Positions 14,085 through 26,818 of a stretch of DNA of 64,000 bases are shown one piece after another. The stretch comes from Octopus vulgaris (Eukaryota). The notes below the pieces were generated by a model. It worked only from the letters and a program-made list of their open reading frames with translations. It was not told where the DNA came from and ran no database searches. Where the stretch lies: NCBI GenBank assembly GCA_951406725.2, contig OX597820.1:72664001-72728000 (forward strand), in the 5' to 3' direction. The stretch's first letter is position 1; each line of letters opens with the position of its first letter. The position numbers were made by a program, and so were the translations under genes.

Positions 14085-14110
<26 letters not shown>
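12442..14110 (+). repeat. Tandem duplication, ~800 bp x2 (starts 12442 and 13316); possibly an assembly artefact
   Basis: Long identical runs (e.g. aaagttaaaagattactttctgacaaagcaatctgatagctttcaacaaattct) are interspersed with many small indels. Confidence 0.9.
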
Positions 14111-14115
<5 letters not shown>

Positions 14116-14326
14116 CGCGTGTGTGTGTATATGTATGTAGATGCACGTATATACACATGAATATATATGTATGTGTGTTTATATATATATATATACATAT
14201 GTGTGTATATATATATATACACACAAATACATGTGTGTGTATATATATACATACATATATATACATGTGTGTATATACATATATATATACATATATATAT
14301 TCATATATATATACACACACAGACAC

Positions 14327-14362
<36 letters not shown>

Positions 14363-14514
14363 ATATGTACACACACACGTGCATACATTTTTGTATATAC
14401 AAATGCATATATATATATATATATATATATATACAGTGTGTATGTGTGTATATAGATATATAGATATATACATATACATGTATGTATGTACATATATATA
14501 TTTGTATGTATATA

Positions 14515-14554
<40 letters not shown>

Positions 14555-14572
14555 TGAGTGTGTATGTGTGTG
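14085..14572. repeat. (TA)/(TG)/(CA) compound microsatellite. Others: ~770-925, 1315-1450, 4115-4400, 34190-34452, 41090-41380, 45620-45730, 56590-56866, 58270-58770, 59712-59847, 63758-63990
   Basis: Direct inspection; these produce the YI/CV/HT-rich spurious ORFs. Confidence 0.95.
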
Positions 14573-15251
14573 AGTGATCATACTGTCAGGTAAATATTCA
14601 AAGCCACAAGTATTTAACAGACCAAACAACCTCATTTATCATATTTCACACTTTCAATATATGTAATTACGAGTGGGTTTTTTTTTTCAATCACTTTCTT
14701 TAAAAGTGTTGAATTATTGGAATGCATAAATTTATTGATTTATAGCAAGCAATTAATAAAATTGGTTAAATTATACATATCAAAACATTAATATTTCTTC
14801 AGACATATATATTAAATTAAATTTCCAAATTGTGAAAAACAGATTTTTAATAATGTACTAAAATCATTATTCAAAATTACATTTCACCAACATACACTAA
14901 GTTCTTGTTAATATGTTGGTAATTTTCAGAACAAGATTCTATAAGAATTGTTATTCTGAAATCTTAAATTCAAGTCTTTTATAAAATTTAATAAATATAT
15001 TTGGATATCATTTAAGGAGATTAAATGAGCTCTTTGGAAAGAAATCTAGGCAGCGAGCTGGCAGAATCATTAACACGCCAGGTGAAATGCTTAGCAGTAT
15101 TTCATCTGCAGTTACGTTCAGAGTTCAAATTCCATCGAGGTCAACTTTGCCTTTCATCCTTTCGGGGTCGATAAACTAAGTACCAGTTATGCACTGGGGT
15201 CAATGTAATCCACTTAATCCGTTTGTCTGTCTGTCTCTGTCTTTCTGTCAG

Positions 15252-15328
<77 letters not shown>

Positions 15329-16265
15329 AACCTTTACATAAATAAATAACGTGAAATACACGAAGGGACGAACAAAAAGACAAACGGGTCATTCAAAGCC
15401 TTCATTCTTCAGTCAGAAACTGATCCCTCATCGCAGATTTCGGCTGTTTAATTCTGAGATCCGCTCTGAATCAGCCAGCCACAGAAGGAAAGAATGCAAC
15501 GCAACAGAGATGAACATGAAACGAAAAATCTTTTTGGAGACAGTAACAGTTAAAATCATGGATGACACAGGCGCCCTACGGCTTTGAGACAAAAAGAGAG
15601 ACACAAAAACAATATCAGCAAGCGTGGAAAAATAATTACCTTTTCGGTGATAAGACACATGTTGAACAAGCGGCCGATGGAAACAGAATGGCTGAGGCAG
15701 CAAGTCGCAAGAGGGTAAGAGAGAGAAGGGGGTAAGAGAGAGAGGGGACCAAGGAGGGTGGAAGGCAAGGACAGAAGCAGTGACCGAGAGAGAGAGGGAG
15801 AGAAGGAATCAGAGAAGAAGCAGTGACCAAGAGAGAGAGAGGGAGAGAAGGAATCAGAGAGGCTGGGAGAAAAAGGCGCCAAAACAATTTGGCAACAAAG
15901 CAATGGCGAAGGACAGAAAATAGTTTAAAGACATCGTGCAGGGGTTTTGATATGATGACTCCATATGAATTTATGTCTGAAGCCTAACTGTGTTTATCTA
16001 CCTTACTACCTCCATAACAGTTTGATAAGGATTGCTCTAAGAGCTAGCTTTCAATGCTGAGGTGTTGGCCCTGGATGAAGAACTTGAAGTATAAGTTCAC
16101 ATACTTTTGAAAACTACTCTGTATTATCTGTATTGAATTTGTTTTTCTCTCAACCACTCCTTCTCTGTCCATCTGTCTGTCTCTCTCTCTCTCTCAACCA
16201 CTCCTTCTCTGTCTCTGTCTGTCTCTCTCTCTCTCTCTCTCTGTCTGTCTGTCTGTCTCTCTCTC

Positions 16266-16312
<47 letters not shown>

Positions 16313-18759
16313 ATATATATATATATATAATCATCATCATTTAATGTCCGATTTCCATGCTAGCATGGTTGGACGGTTTGACCGGAGTCTGGGAAGCCCG
16401 GAAGCTACACCAGGCTCCAGCCTGATCTAGCAGTGTTTCTACACCTGGATGCCTTTCCTCTGTGCCAACCACTCTGTGAGTGAAGTTGTTGCTTTTTACG
16501 TGCCACCGGCACAGGGGCCAGAGGAGGCTGGCAGCGGCAACGATTGGTTGGTGCTTTCTACGTGCCACCAGCACGGAAGCCAGTCAAGGCAGCACTGGCA
16601 TCTACTATTTACTATTTATTGTACTTTATTGATTTTTAGAATAAGGTTTTTGTCGTATATGTTTTCTATATGGTGTGAATAACATCTTTCATTATTGAAT
16701 TATTTAACAGAGTTTTTTTCTCTAAATTATATAAATATATTATATATTGTGAAATTTGATTTAAAATTGTTAAATTGAATTTTTCTCTGTAAGTTTTGGA
16801 ATATTCCCTACTATTATATATATATATATATATATATTTATGTATATATATATATATACAAGAGGTATTGGTATCTAGAAGACCCAAAGAGTGTCAGGTA
16901 ACACTAAGTAAGTGGTATGGATAGACTGCAGTTAAATTCTTGGTTCGATAATGATACAAGTGAGGAGTCTAATGATAAAAGTAAAAGATATCAAACTATA
17001 CTTAGTTGTATATCTTTAAAACGGTAGAATTTGTCACAGCTAGGGTATCAGCATTTTAAACCTTTCATTAAGCATGTTTCTACTGAAATACATGTCTTTT
17101 GTTTTAATTTTCAAAATAACGAAGAATTTAATAAAATAACTTTACCATTATTAAGCCAGTTGCAATCTGGCAGAAGTGTTAGCATGCAAGGCAAAATGCT
17201 TCTTGACATTTCTTCCAACTCTTTGGGTACTAAGTTCAAATACTACTGGGGATTCCTTTGCCTTGAACTCTTGTGTGGCCAATAAATTAAGTCTGAGTTG
17301 AACTCTGGGACAACTTTGTCATCCCTAAAACTTTGCTAGCCTTGTGTTAAATTTTAAAAGAATTAGTAAGTTGGTATTTGCAACTTAAACTAACATGAAT
17401 TTTTGATGAAAGTTTTAATTTAGATTACTTTGAAACAAGAAATTTGTATAACAAAAGGAGAGGTAGTCTCTAGTGGGTTGGCATGAAAGCAGCTGTGGCA
17501 CCATTTAATATTAACAAATTTAATATATGGTATTCTCTAGGGGTGAAAATTCAAATCTGTGATTCTATTTGAAAATGGGAACTTAACACATTAAAGTTAT
17601 TAGAGCTGTTTAGCCCTAGGTCTTCCGTAATTGATTAAACCAATGATCAAAGACATTTCCTCTTGACAGTCCCATTTTTTTAAAAACAATTCTTTTTAAG
17701 TGAGGACTACATTATACTATGTGTCCTTTCTGTAAAGGTGCATGGCCTAATGGTTATGGTGTTGCACCCATGATTACAAGATCATAGTTTCAATTCCAGG
17801 TTCAATTTGCTCAACTAAAGGCAGTGCTCCAGCATGGCCGCAGTCAAATGACTGAAACAAGTAAAAGAGAGAGTATTCCCCACTTGGATGGGATGCCAGT
17901 CCATCACAGGATTACTCATTTCTGCCAGCTGAGTGGACTGGAGCAATGTGAAATGAAGTGTTTTGCTCAAGAAGACAGTGCATTGTCTAGTCCAGGAACT
18001 GAAACCACTATCTTATGATCATGAGTCCAACATCCTAAACACAAAGCTACATATCTCCACTAAAGGAATTGTAGAACAATGTAAAATGAAGGACATCCAG
18101 CTGTAGAAACTCTGCCAGATCAAGACTGGAGCCTGGTACAGCCATCTGGTTCACCAGTCCTCAGTTAAATCGTCCAACCCATGCTAGCATGGAAAGTAGA
18201 CGTTAAGCGATGATGATGATGAATTCAAGGCAATATGAATAAATAAGGATTACATTTGACAGAATAATCTAAATACTAAAGGTTAAAGAAACGGTGTGAT
18301 TTGAAGTAAATTTGTTTTCCATTTCTTGAATTAATTGTCACTGCATAGGGATTTGTCATATTGTGGTATTAGAGCATGGAAACGGTCAATACAATTGTTC
18401 CAGAATTTGCAATTGATTATCTTTTTTATATCTTTTTACTTGCTTTATTTATTAGACTGGGGCCATGCTGGAGCACCACTTTAAGGGGTTTAGTGAAAAA
18501 AATCGATCCCAGTACTAATTCTAAAGTCTGGTACATATTCTGTCAATCTCTTTTACCTCACTACTAAATTACTGGGATGTAAACAAACCAACAGCGATTG
18601 TCAAGGGGTGGTGGGGTGATAAACATTCCCTTGCTCTCTCTCTCTCTCTCACTGTATGTGTGTGTGTACAATGAGCTTCCATAGAGTTTCTATAAACCAA
18701 ATTCACTCACAGGGCATTAGTTGGCCTGGGGTTATAGTATAAGGTACCACACCACCACT

Positions 18760-19460
18760 GCTTGGTACCTTGGACAAAGACGAGAAACCCCAAATGCATG
18801 ATGAAAATGAACAATCAAATCATTAAGCAGGTATCAACCTCCAACTACCTTGGAACTTTGATTACAGAAGACGCAGGATGTATGAAGGAGACCAAGATGA
18901 ATAGTGCATTCTCAAAATTGTAAAACATTTTGAGAAGCCACACTCTGAGTATCAAGACCAGGACCTCTTTATTGAATTACTTTGTCTACCCTGTGATAAT
19001 GTGTGGATGTGAGGCATAGTCTGAGAAGGCACTTGGAGAGCTGTGAAATGTGGTTCTTAAGGAGAATAGTGAGGATAGCATGAATAAAGTGTCTATGCAG
19101 TAAATAAGAAACTGCCTCATGAGATAAGGGCCATGCAGTAAATAAGAAACTCCCTCATGAGATAAGGGCCATGCAGTAAATAAGAAACTGCCTTATGAGA
19201 TAACGGCCAAGCAACCTAGATTTCTTGGTCGTGTGATGAGGAAAAAGGGCCTGGAGAATTTAGTGATGACTGGAAAGACTGAAGAGAAAAGAAGCAGAGG
19301 AAGGAAACGGATGACGTGGATGTCAAGCTTGATGAATATTTGGGAAAAAGAGACAATAAGCATCAGGAAGTGGAACTATAACAGAAAACAAAGAACAGAG
19401 AACTGTGGCAGGATATGATCGCCTATGTCTTATATTCTGGGCATGGCACCTGAAGAAAAG
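18760..19460 (+). mobile_element. Decayed 3' part of a second RTE/BovB-like LINE, inserted in a SINE head
   Basis: Residual NYLGTLITED, YPVIMCGCEA, EMWFLRRI and RFLGRVMRKKGLENLVMTGKTEEKRSRGRKRMTW, with stops and frameshifts. Confidence 0.75.
19094..19208 (+). repeat. 39-bp tandem repeat x3 inside the decayed RTE
   Basis: atgcagtaaataagaaactgcctcatgagataagggcc repeated three times with few mismatches. Confidence 0.9.
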
Positions 19461-22400
19461 ACCATGCAGTGGGTTCTGAACCCAAAACCATTTGGTTGCA
19501 AAACAAGCTTCTTATCCACACAGCTATGCTTGTTATGTTATTCATTTCAGCTATGTGGTTGTGGTCATGCTGGAGCATCACTGTGATTTTGCACTGTTAC
19601 TTATAGTTCCCCTAGGACTGATTTCTACAGGGTGGTGGGAGTTTCACATTACCACTCTTGTATGTGCCTTTGTCCTAGCTGTTGGCCCTTCTTTTCAAGA
19701 ATAAAGGAATCATGTCTTGCAAACAACTTCAATGGGCTAATTTCTTGGGTTTTACAATCTACAATATTTTAGATTATTAAATGTCTCCTCATTCTTTTTT
19801 TTTTATCTTCATTTATTTGGATCCATTCTATTTGAATTAACATGAAAAATAGTCTTGAAGTAGTGTGTTATAGATTTTCTTGTAGTTCTGTTCTTCTTCC
19901 ATAACTTTGGTTTATCTTCTATCTTCTGCTTGTTTCAGTCATTAGACTGCAGCCATGCTGAGACACTACATCATCATCATTTAACGTCCTTCTTCCATGC
20001 TGGCATGGGTTGGATGATTTGACAGGAGCTGGCAAGGCAGAAGACTGCACCAGACAGACCTCTGTGTCTGTTTTGGCATGGTTTTTATGGCTGGATGCCC
20101 TTCCTAAAACCAGTTCTTAAGTGGTAATGACACTCACACACACTCTCACATATATATATATAATGGTCTTCTTCCAGTTTCTGTCTATCACATCCATTCA
20201 CAAAGCCTTCGTCAGCCCAAAGTTATAGTAGAAGACACTTGCCCAAGGCACCATGCAGTGGGACTGAACTTGGAGCCTTGCGGTCAGAAAATAAACTTAT
20301 TTCTTTATTGCCCACAAGAGGCTAAACATAGAGGGAACAAACAAGGACAGACAAAGGAATCAAGTCGATTACATCAACCCCAGTGCGTAACTGGTACTTA
20401 ATTTATCAACCCCGAAAGGATGAAAGGCAAAGTCGACCTTGCAGAATTTGAACTCAGAACATAATGGCAGATGAAATACTGCTAAGCATTTCACCCAGCA
20501 TGCTATCGTTTCTGCCAACTCGCCACCTTAAGTAAGAAAATAAATTTCTTACCACACAGCTACACTTACCGTTTTTCAAAGCTGAATAAATCTTTTTGTG
20601 ACAAATGGCACTGGAATGGCAAATATAGAAAAAAAAATATGAAGAAATTCATCTGACTATCCAATGAATATTAAGAAATATTGTATCAGGTAAAGAGAAG
20701 AGGTTTTTTTTTTTCTCCAGTTATACCTAAACTTCAAAATCTGATCTACCAGGGTCAAATATTTCTGTTAAAGAAATATCAAACAATCACAGTTACAAAT
20801 TCAAAAGCTTTTCATCCTTTCTGTATACTTGGAAGTTTTATTCTGAATTTAAAAGTCTTTCTCCTTAACTTTCTTTATTTTCAACTTCTAAGAACATGGT
20901 CTGCATTTAAAGATCATACACCTTTGAACAACACTCGAGATGGCACCTGGAATATGTAATGTTCTGGATTCTGAAAGCTACCAAAATTCAAGAATTGAAT
21001 GCTAGAATGTATTTCAGTCAATTGGCACTCCCATCATTCACTGAAGTTCTTGGATGATTTCAAAAGACAGTTTTAAGAAATATATCAGATATAGTACAAT
21101 TCCTGCTATTACACACACATACATGCACGTGTACACATATACACACACACACAAGCATGCACATACACACGTTCACACACAAGCACAAACACATCACACA
21201 TGTACAGACACAAACATATACACAGGTGCGTGCACACACACACACACTTATCCCTTGAAATGCAAAATTAAATTTCATGGTTATTCCAGTAATGACGTTA
21301 AACATCTACCAAAAAAATAGAATTGGCATTTCCTGCAAGTCACGTTGCCTCAATAAACTTGACATATCTCAACAAAAAATAATTTCGAAAATGACATTCT
21401 TCAACAAAATATATAACACTACATAAAACTGCTTTCCGCAGTTAGGTTTAATGAAATTTGGTGTGGATTTATTTGATTTTTGCAATGAAAGGGTTAAATA
21501 GATTAAGAAATATCAACAGCATCATAGAAGAAATGTTCTCATTTCCAATCTTCTGTGTAGAAGAATGCTTGGATATGGGGAAATATCACCTTGCTTGGAA
21601 AGAGATGAAGGTCGATGACAGGATGGGCAGTTGGCTGTACAAAAAACTGCCTCGACAAATTCTGACTGACTTAATGATGCAATGATAAGTGACTGAGTCC
21701 TTTGGTGATGTGCCGTGCTTGAGAAAACTTGTCAAGTCAAGTGAAATCATAGTCATGGCCGGTGCTGGTCTCATGTAATTGGCACCCATGCTGGTGGCAC
21801 GTAAAAAGCATCCATTACACTTTTGGAGTCATTGGCATTAGGAAGGACATCCAACCGTAGAGACTACGCCAACTCAGATTGGAACTTGGTGCAGCCCTCC
21901 AGCTTACCAGCTTCAGTCAAACCATCTAACCCATGCCAGCAAGGAAAGCAGACACTAATGATGATGATGATGAAAACTAATTTAATCACTTTGTTAGCAA
22001 ACACCCCACCTGTGACCTTTCCTGGTTCTTAATATAAAACTGTCCTTCTTAAAGAACACCTTTTTTCTTTTTATTCATCCTTCATGTTGGTTGAAGAACC
22101 AATCTCAAACCAATTAAGATCCACAGAATGGGTGTACTATCCATCCTTTTAATTACTAAAAGGGGGCCGTGGGAAAACTCATTTAAACAAACAAGGTCCT
22201 TGGTAGCGAAAAGGTTGGGAAGCACTGATATATATGATGGGCTTCCTATCTACCAAATTCACTCTCACAAAGCACTGGTCAGCCCAAGGATTTGATAGAC
22301 ACATGGCCATGGTATCATGCAGTGTCATTGAACCCCGAACCAAGTGGCTGCCAAGCAACCTTCCTAACCACACAGCCATATCTGCTTGTGGTTATGTTGT

Positions 22401-22519
22401 TTGCAATCAAGAGAATCAAGTCCAAATTTTCAATCACTCTAAGTTATATTCCAAAGATGGTTACATCAGTTTTCTACAAAATCTTACCAAATTCAATTTT
22501 TAAGTGAAGAAGTGTCACA

Positions 22520-23045
22520 CCCTAACAGTGGAAGGAACCCATGGAAGAGGGAGACTCAGAAAGACATGGGGTGAGGTGGTGAAGCACAATCTTCAAATGT
22601 TGGGCCTCACAGGGGCAAAGACAAGAAATAAAGACTGTAAGAGATATGCTGTGATTGAGAAGACCCGGCAAGTAAAGTGAGATCACAACCATAGCTTATA
22701 CCAGTGTTGCATAACCAGCCCATTTAAAAGTACCCTTGAATCATTGGGCGATACGCTGTGCTTGAGAAGACCTAAAGAGTCAAGTAAAATCAAATCAGGA
22801 TCGAAATCAAAATGGAAATTGTAGATGTGGCCAATGCCAGTGCTGCCTGACTGGCTTCCAATGCCAGTGGCATGTAAAAAGCACCCACTACACTCTCAGA
22901 GTGGTTGTCATTAGGATTGGCATCCAGCTGTAGAAACCTTGCCAGATCAGATTGGAGCTTGGTGCAGCCTCCTGGTTTGCCAGTCCCCAGTCAAACTGTC
23001 CAACCTATGCCAGCATGGAAAATGGATGTATGATGATGATGATGA
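22520..23045 (+). mobile_element. 5'-truncated diverged RTE copy (ORF C-terminus + 3' UTR + GAT tail)
   Basis: gtggaaggaacccatggaagagggagactcagaaagacatggggtgaggtggtgaagcac aligns by eye to ~62938-62998; ends ...atgccagcatggaaaatggatgtatgatgatgat. Confidence 0.85.
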
Positions 23046-23340
23046 ATGAAAATAAATTGAAATATTATTTACACAGAGTATTTAGTTCTAAATATGATTA
23101 TGAATGGATCAATATCTTTTCCTTCTATTATTTGTTTCAGGCAGACTGTGGCCATGCTGGGGCACTGCCTCGAAGAATTTTAGTTGAATGCATCAACCCT
23201 AGTACTTTTTCTTTTTATAACCTGGTACTTAATCTATTGGTCACTTTTGCTGAACCATAAGTTACAGGGACATAAACACACCAACACTGGTTATCAAGCG
23301 GTGAAGCAGGGTATGCAAATATATAAAGTTATATATATAT

Positions 23341-24200
23341 AATGATAAATCTCAGAGCGAGTTATAAACAGTAGCAGCAACACATCGTGACGTATATTTG
23401 CCATTTGAATATGGCTAACCCCTAAGGGTGGATGCCACTGTAGTTTGTAGCCCCAGGACACCTCCTCCAGCTGGCTATAGACACACTTTCTGTGCCCTAT
23501 CAGTATTTACAAAGGGAAGCCATCCTTCCCGTCTTCAACTTATGATACACACGGACTCGAGTTTCAGGGCGTGTGACAATCACAGTTGTCAATGAGAAGT
23601 AGGTTCCCTTCACAAATACATATACTTTTTCCAGTATCGATTGACACTGATATTGAAAAAGTGTAATCAAACAATGATAAATCTCAGAGCGAGTTATAAG
23701 CAGTAGCAGCAACACATCGTGACGTATATTTGCCATTTGAATATGGCTAACCCCTAAGGGTGGATGCTACTGTAGTTTGTAGCCCCAGGAGGACACCTCC
23801 TCCAGCTGGCTATAGACACACTTTCTGTGCCCTATCAGTATATTCAAATGGCAAATATACGTCACGATGTGTTGCTGCTACTGTTTATAACTCGCTCTAA
23901 GATTTATCATTGTTTGATTACACTTTTTCAATATCAGTGTCAATCGATACTGGAAAAAGTATATGTATTTGTGAAGGTAACCTACTTCTCATCGACAACT
24001 GTGATTGTCACACGCCGATGACGGGTCAATACCCTGAAACTCGAGTCCGTGTGTATCATAAGTTGAAGACGGGAAGGATGGCTTCCCTTTGCAAATACTG
24101 ATAGGGCACAGAAAGTGTGTCTATAGCCAGCTGGAGGAGGTGTCCTGGGGCTACAAACTACAGTAGCATCCACCCTTAGGGGTTAGCCATATTCAAATGG
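23341..24200. mobile_element. Non-coding 349-bp unit as 1.5 tandem copies plus one inverted copy; retrozyme/Penelope-pLTR-like
   Basis: aatgataaatctcagagcgag starts at 23341 and 23673. The inverted arm 23840-24200 begins and ends with atattcaaatgg (349 bp apart). The flank agcagggtatgcaaa...tatataaagttatata is duplicated at 23305 and 24202. Confidence 0.85.
24009..24053 (+). ncRNA. Minimal type I hammerhead ribozyme motif
   Basis: CACACG-CCGATGA-c GGGT caat ACCC t-GAAA-C TCGA G-TC-CGTGTG: 6-bp stem I, core with U4C, 4-bp stem II, 2-bp stem III closed by a palindromic TCGA loop, GUC cleavage triplet. Confidence 0.8.
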
Positions 24201-24390
24201 TAGCAGGGTATGCAAACATATAAATATATAAAGTTATATATATATATATACAAGAAGTAAATAGACAACTTTAATTTTCAAAATTTGTGATCTAAGCATC
24301 TTAATAAGTTTTCATCAGTGTAGAATTTACAATGTAATTATTGTTTTTCATTCCAGGTGCCATTATATTAAACATTTGCAAAGAGTAACC

Positions 24391-25345
24391 ATGCTACACA
24401 CAAAAAATTCAGCAAAACTGTCAGATTTTCAAAGAGATCGTAATGTTGGGCAATCTGAGGCTGGTCTTAACCATCAAAAAATTGCTGAAAATCTTCAAAT
24501 TCCTCTTGCTACTGTTAATAGAATTATTGTGCAATTCAAAAGCCAAGGAAAAGAATCAACAGATTCTCGTCCCAGCCAACCTGGGCCCTCGGAAAGGAGG
24601 CTTAGCTGTTTGAAGAGAATTGTGGAAAACGAACCCTGTTCGAAGGCTTCTGACATTGCAAAACAGCTAGAAGTTAGTCCAAGAACGTGTGTTACGCTAG
24701 AAGCAAACCTCTCCTTCAACCAATTAATATCAGGAAAAGAAAGAAATGGGCTATGGAGATGTCAGAAAAATCCAGTTCCTTTTGGAATAGAGTGATTTTC
24801 TTAGATGAATCCAGATTTGCATTATTTTCAGACAGTGGATGTGTTTGAGTCTGGAGGCATCCCAATCAAGAATTTGATTTGAAACGACTCCAACCGTGAA
24901 ACATGGCGGTATCTCTGTAATGGTATGGGGAGCTGTCACCAGTAATGATCGTTCTGAGCTGATCAAATGTGTTGGTATCATAAACTCTGAAAAATACATC
25001 GAAATACTGAAAAAAGGACTACTTCTGATGTATTCAAACAATAACAACGAAAAACGAGTTTTTATTCATAGACGATGGGGCTCCATGCCACACAGCGGAA
25101 AGGAATCAACAACAGCGGACTGAAAATGGGAACAAAAAGCTTCCTTGGCTGAGCCAATCTCCTTACATGGTCCCAATTGAAAATCTTTGGAGCATACTAG
25201 ACAGAGCTATACGAAAAACTTGACAGAAACCTAAATCTAAAAGAGGGCAGAAATTCCACAAGAGACAATCACAAAGCTCATCAGTTCAATGCCAAAAAGA
25301 GTTTCTGAATTAAAAACTGCAAAGTGGATGTCAACTAAATACAAA
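24391..25345 (+). pseudogene. Tc1-family (DD34E-type) transposase pseudogene; element spans ~24251-25408
   Basis: HTH region LSDFQR...IAENLQIPLATVNRII, then WNRVIFLDESRF, VKHGGISVMVWGA, FIDDGAPCHTA and WLSQSPYMVPIENLW. Only a weak 9-bp end match (caagaagta / tacttcctg) next to TA. Confidence 0.88.
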
Positions 25346-25416
25346 AGTATGTAGTCCTACCTATCGATTACATTTCAGTTATTCGCTTTGCATATTAAAT
25401 ACTTCCTGCATGTGTA

Positions 25417-25480
<64 letters not shown>

Positions 25481-25556
25481 ATTGTTAGAGAGGACAAACA
25501 TCAAGGCAAGGCAAACATCTCAAGTTATATACATTATTATTACTGGAAAAGGTTCA

Positions 25557-25605
25557 AAGTCTTACAGCTGTTTCTGAGATATCCAGAGTATGGGATATTC
25601 CATCA
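25557..25605 (-). ncRNA. 5'-truncated hammerhead motif in a ~125-bp remnant (25480-25605)
   Basis: Minus strand TGATGG-aATATCC catactct GGATATctca-GAAA-C AGCT G-TA: palindromic loop 3, GUA triplet. The core 5' end is lost into (TA)n. Confidence 0.5.
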
Positions 25606-26569
25606 TATATATACACAAAATGCTTTTTTCAGTTTCCATCTACCAAATCCACTCACAAGTCTTTAGTTGGCCCAAGGCTATGGTAGAAGACACTTGTCCA
25701 AGGTGCAATGCTGTGGGGGACAGAACCCAGAACCATGTGGTTGAGAAACAAGCTTCTTACTTTACAGCCAGGCTTAGGCTTCTTTCAGTTTCCATCTACC
25801 AAATCCACATACAAGTCTTTGGTTGACCCGTGGCCATAGTAGAAGACACTTGTCCAAGGTGCAATGCAGTGTGATTGAACCTGGAACCATATGGTTGCGA
25901 AGCAAGCTTCTTACCTCGCAGCCACACCGACATTTACTTACACTCTTTTATAACAAAAATCCTGTTACACACTCACAAAGCAACAAATGTAGTCTAAAAA
26001 TAAATATGGAAATGTTGTCATGCTCTTATAGCAGCTTGACTTATAAACATACTTGCACAACCACATGCAAATAATCACCAGTCCATGTCATTAACACATA
26101 TACATGCTTGCAGATGCATCCACATCTATTCATGCACAGGCAGGTAGACACATACAGGTACACACTGCACTAAATGTATTTTCCCTTGTTTTATGAGCAT
26201 ACAAAAACAATATAAAATAAAAGGGTGTTTATTTATATATAGGTATTTAATTGGCATGTGAACAATTGCATGTGCTACCAGCTTCACTCCTTTTCAACTC
26301 CTACTGTTACTACTGCTGCTACTGCCACTACCACCACCACACCACCACCACCACTATTACTGTCGCCATCACCACACCTGTCATTACAGCCACCACCTTG
26401 CCTGCTACCACCACACCTGTTACCACCACCACCACCATCATCAACGCACCCACCTCTAACACTGCTGGAGGAAAAGATGTAGAAATGTAGAGCATGTCAG
26501 AAGTTTTCTTGCTAAGTTTGGGTGAGACAGAGAGCTTCTAGAACTCAGTTTCAATGATGTGGGCGGGTC

Positions 26570-26818
26570 TTCTCAAGAACTTAATATTGCCAGACATCTC
26601 GGTCCATTGTCATTTCCTCCGTGAGGCCCAACATCCTGAGATCGGTCCTTACCACTTCATCCCATGTCTTCCTGGGTTTCCTTCTTCTGCGGGTGCCATC
26701 CACTTTCAGTGATCAGCACTTCTTTATGCAGCTGTCCTCATTCATACGCATCACATATCCAAACTAATGTAGTCTTCTCTCTTACATGCTACTTTTGATT
26801 CCACTTATGTCCAACTTT
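26570..26818 (-). mobile_element. RTE ORF C-terminal fragment
   Basis: Reverse strand encodes a degenerate RRLHxFGYVMRMNEDSCIKKC...GTRRRRKPRKTWDEVVRTDLRMLGLTEEMT, paralogous to the 59969 ORF C-terminus. Confidence 0.8.

Noticed and set aside
15325-15900. Non-microsatellite insert with CTGAAGA and CCGAAA motifs on the minus strand
   Set aside because: Probably a repeat remnant, but the motifs do not assemble into a hammerhead and no protein motif is recognisable.
23500-24173. Duplicated short ORFs (MANIRHDVLLLL...)
   Set aside because: By-products of the 349-bp repeat; the frame is not preserved between arms and no domain is recognisable.
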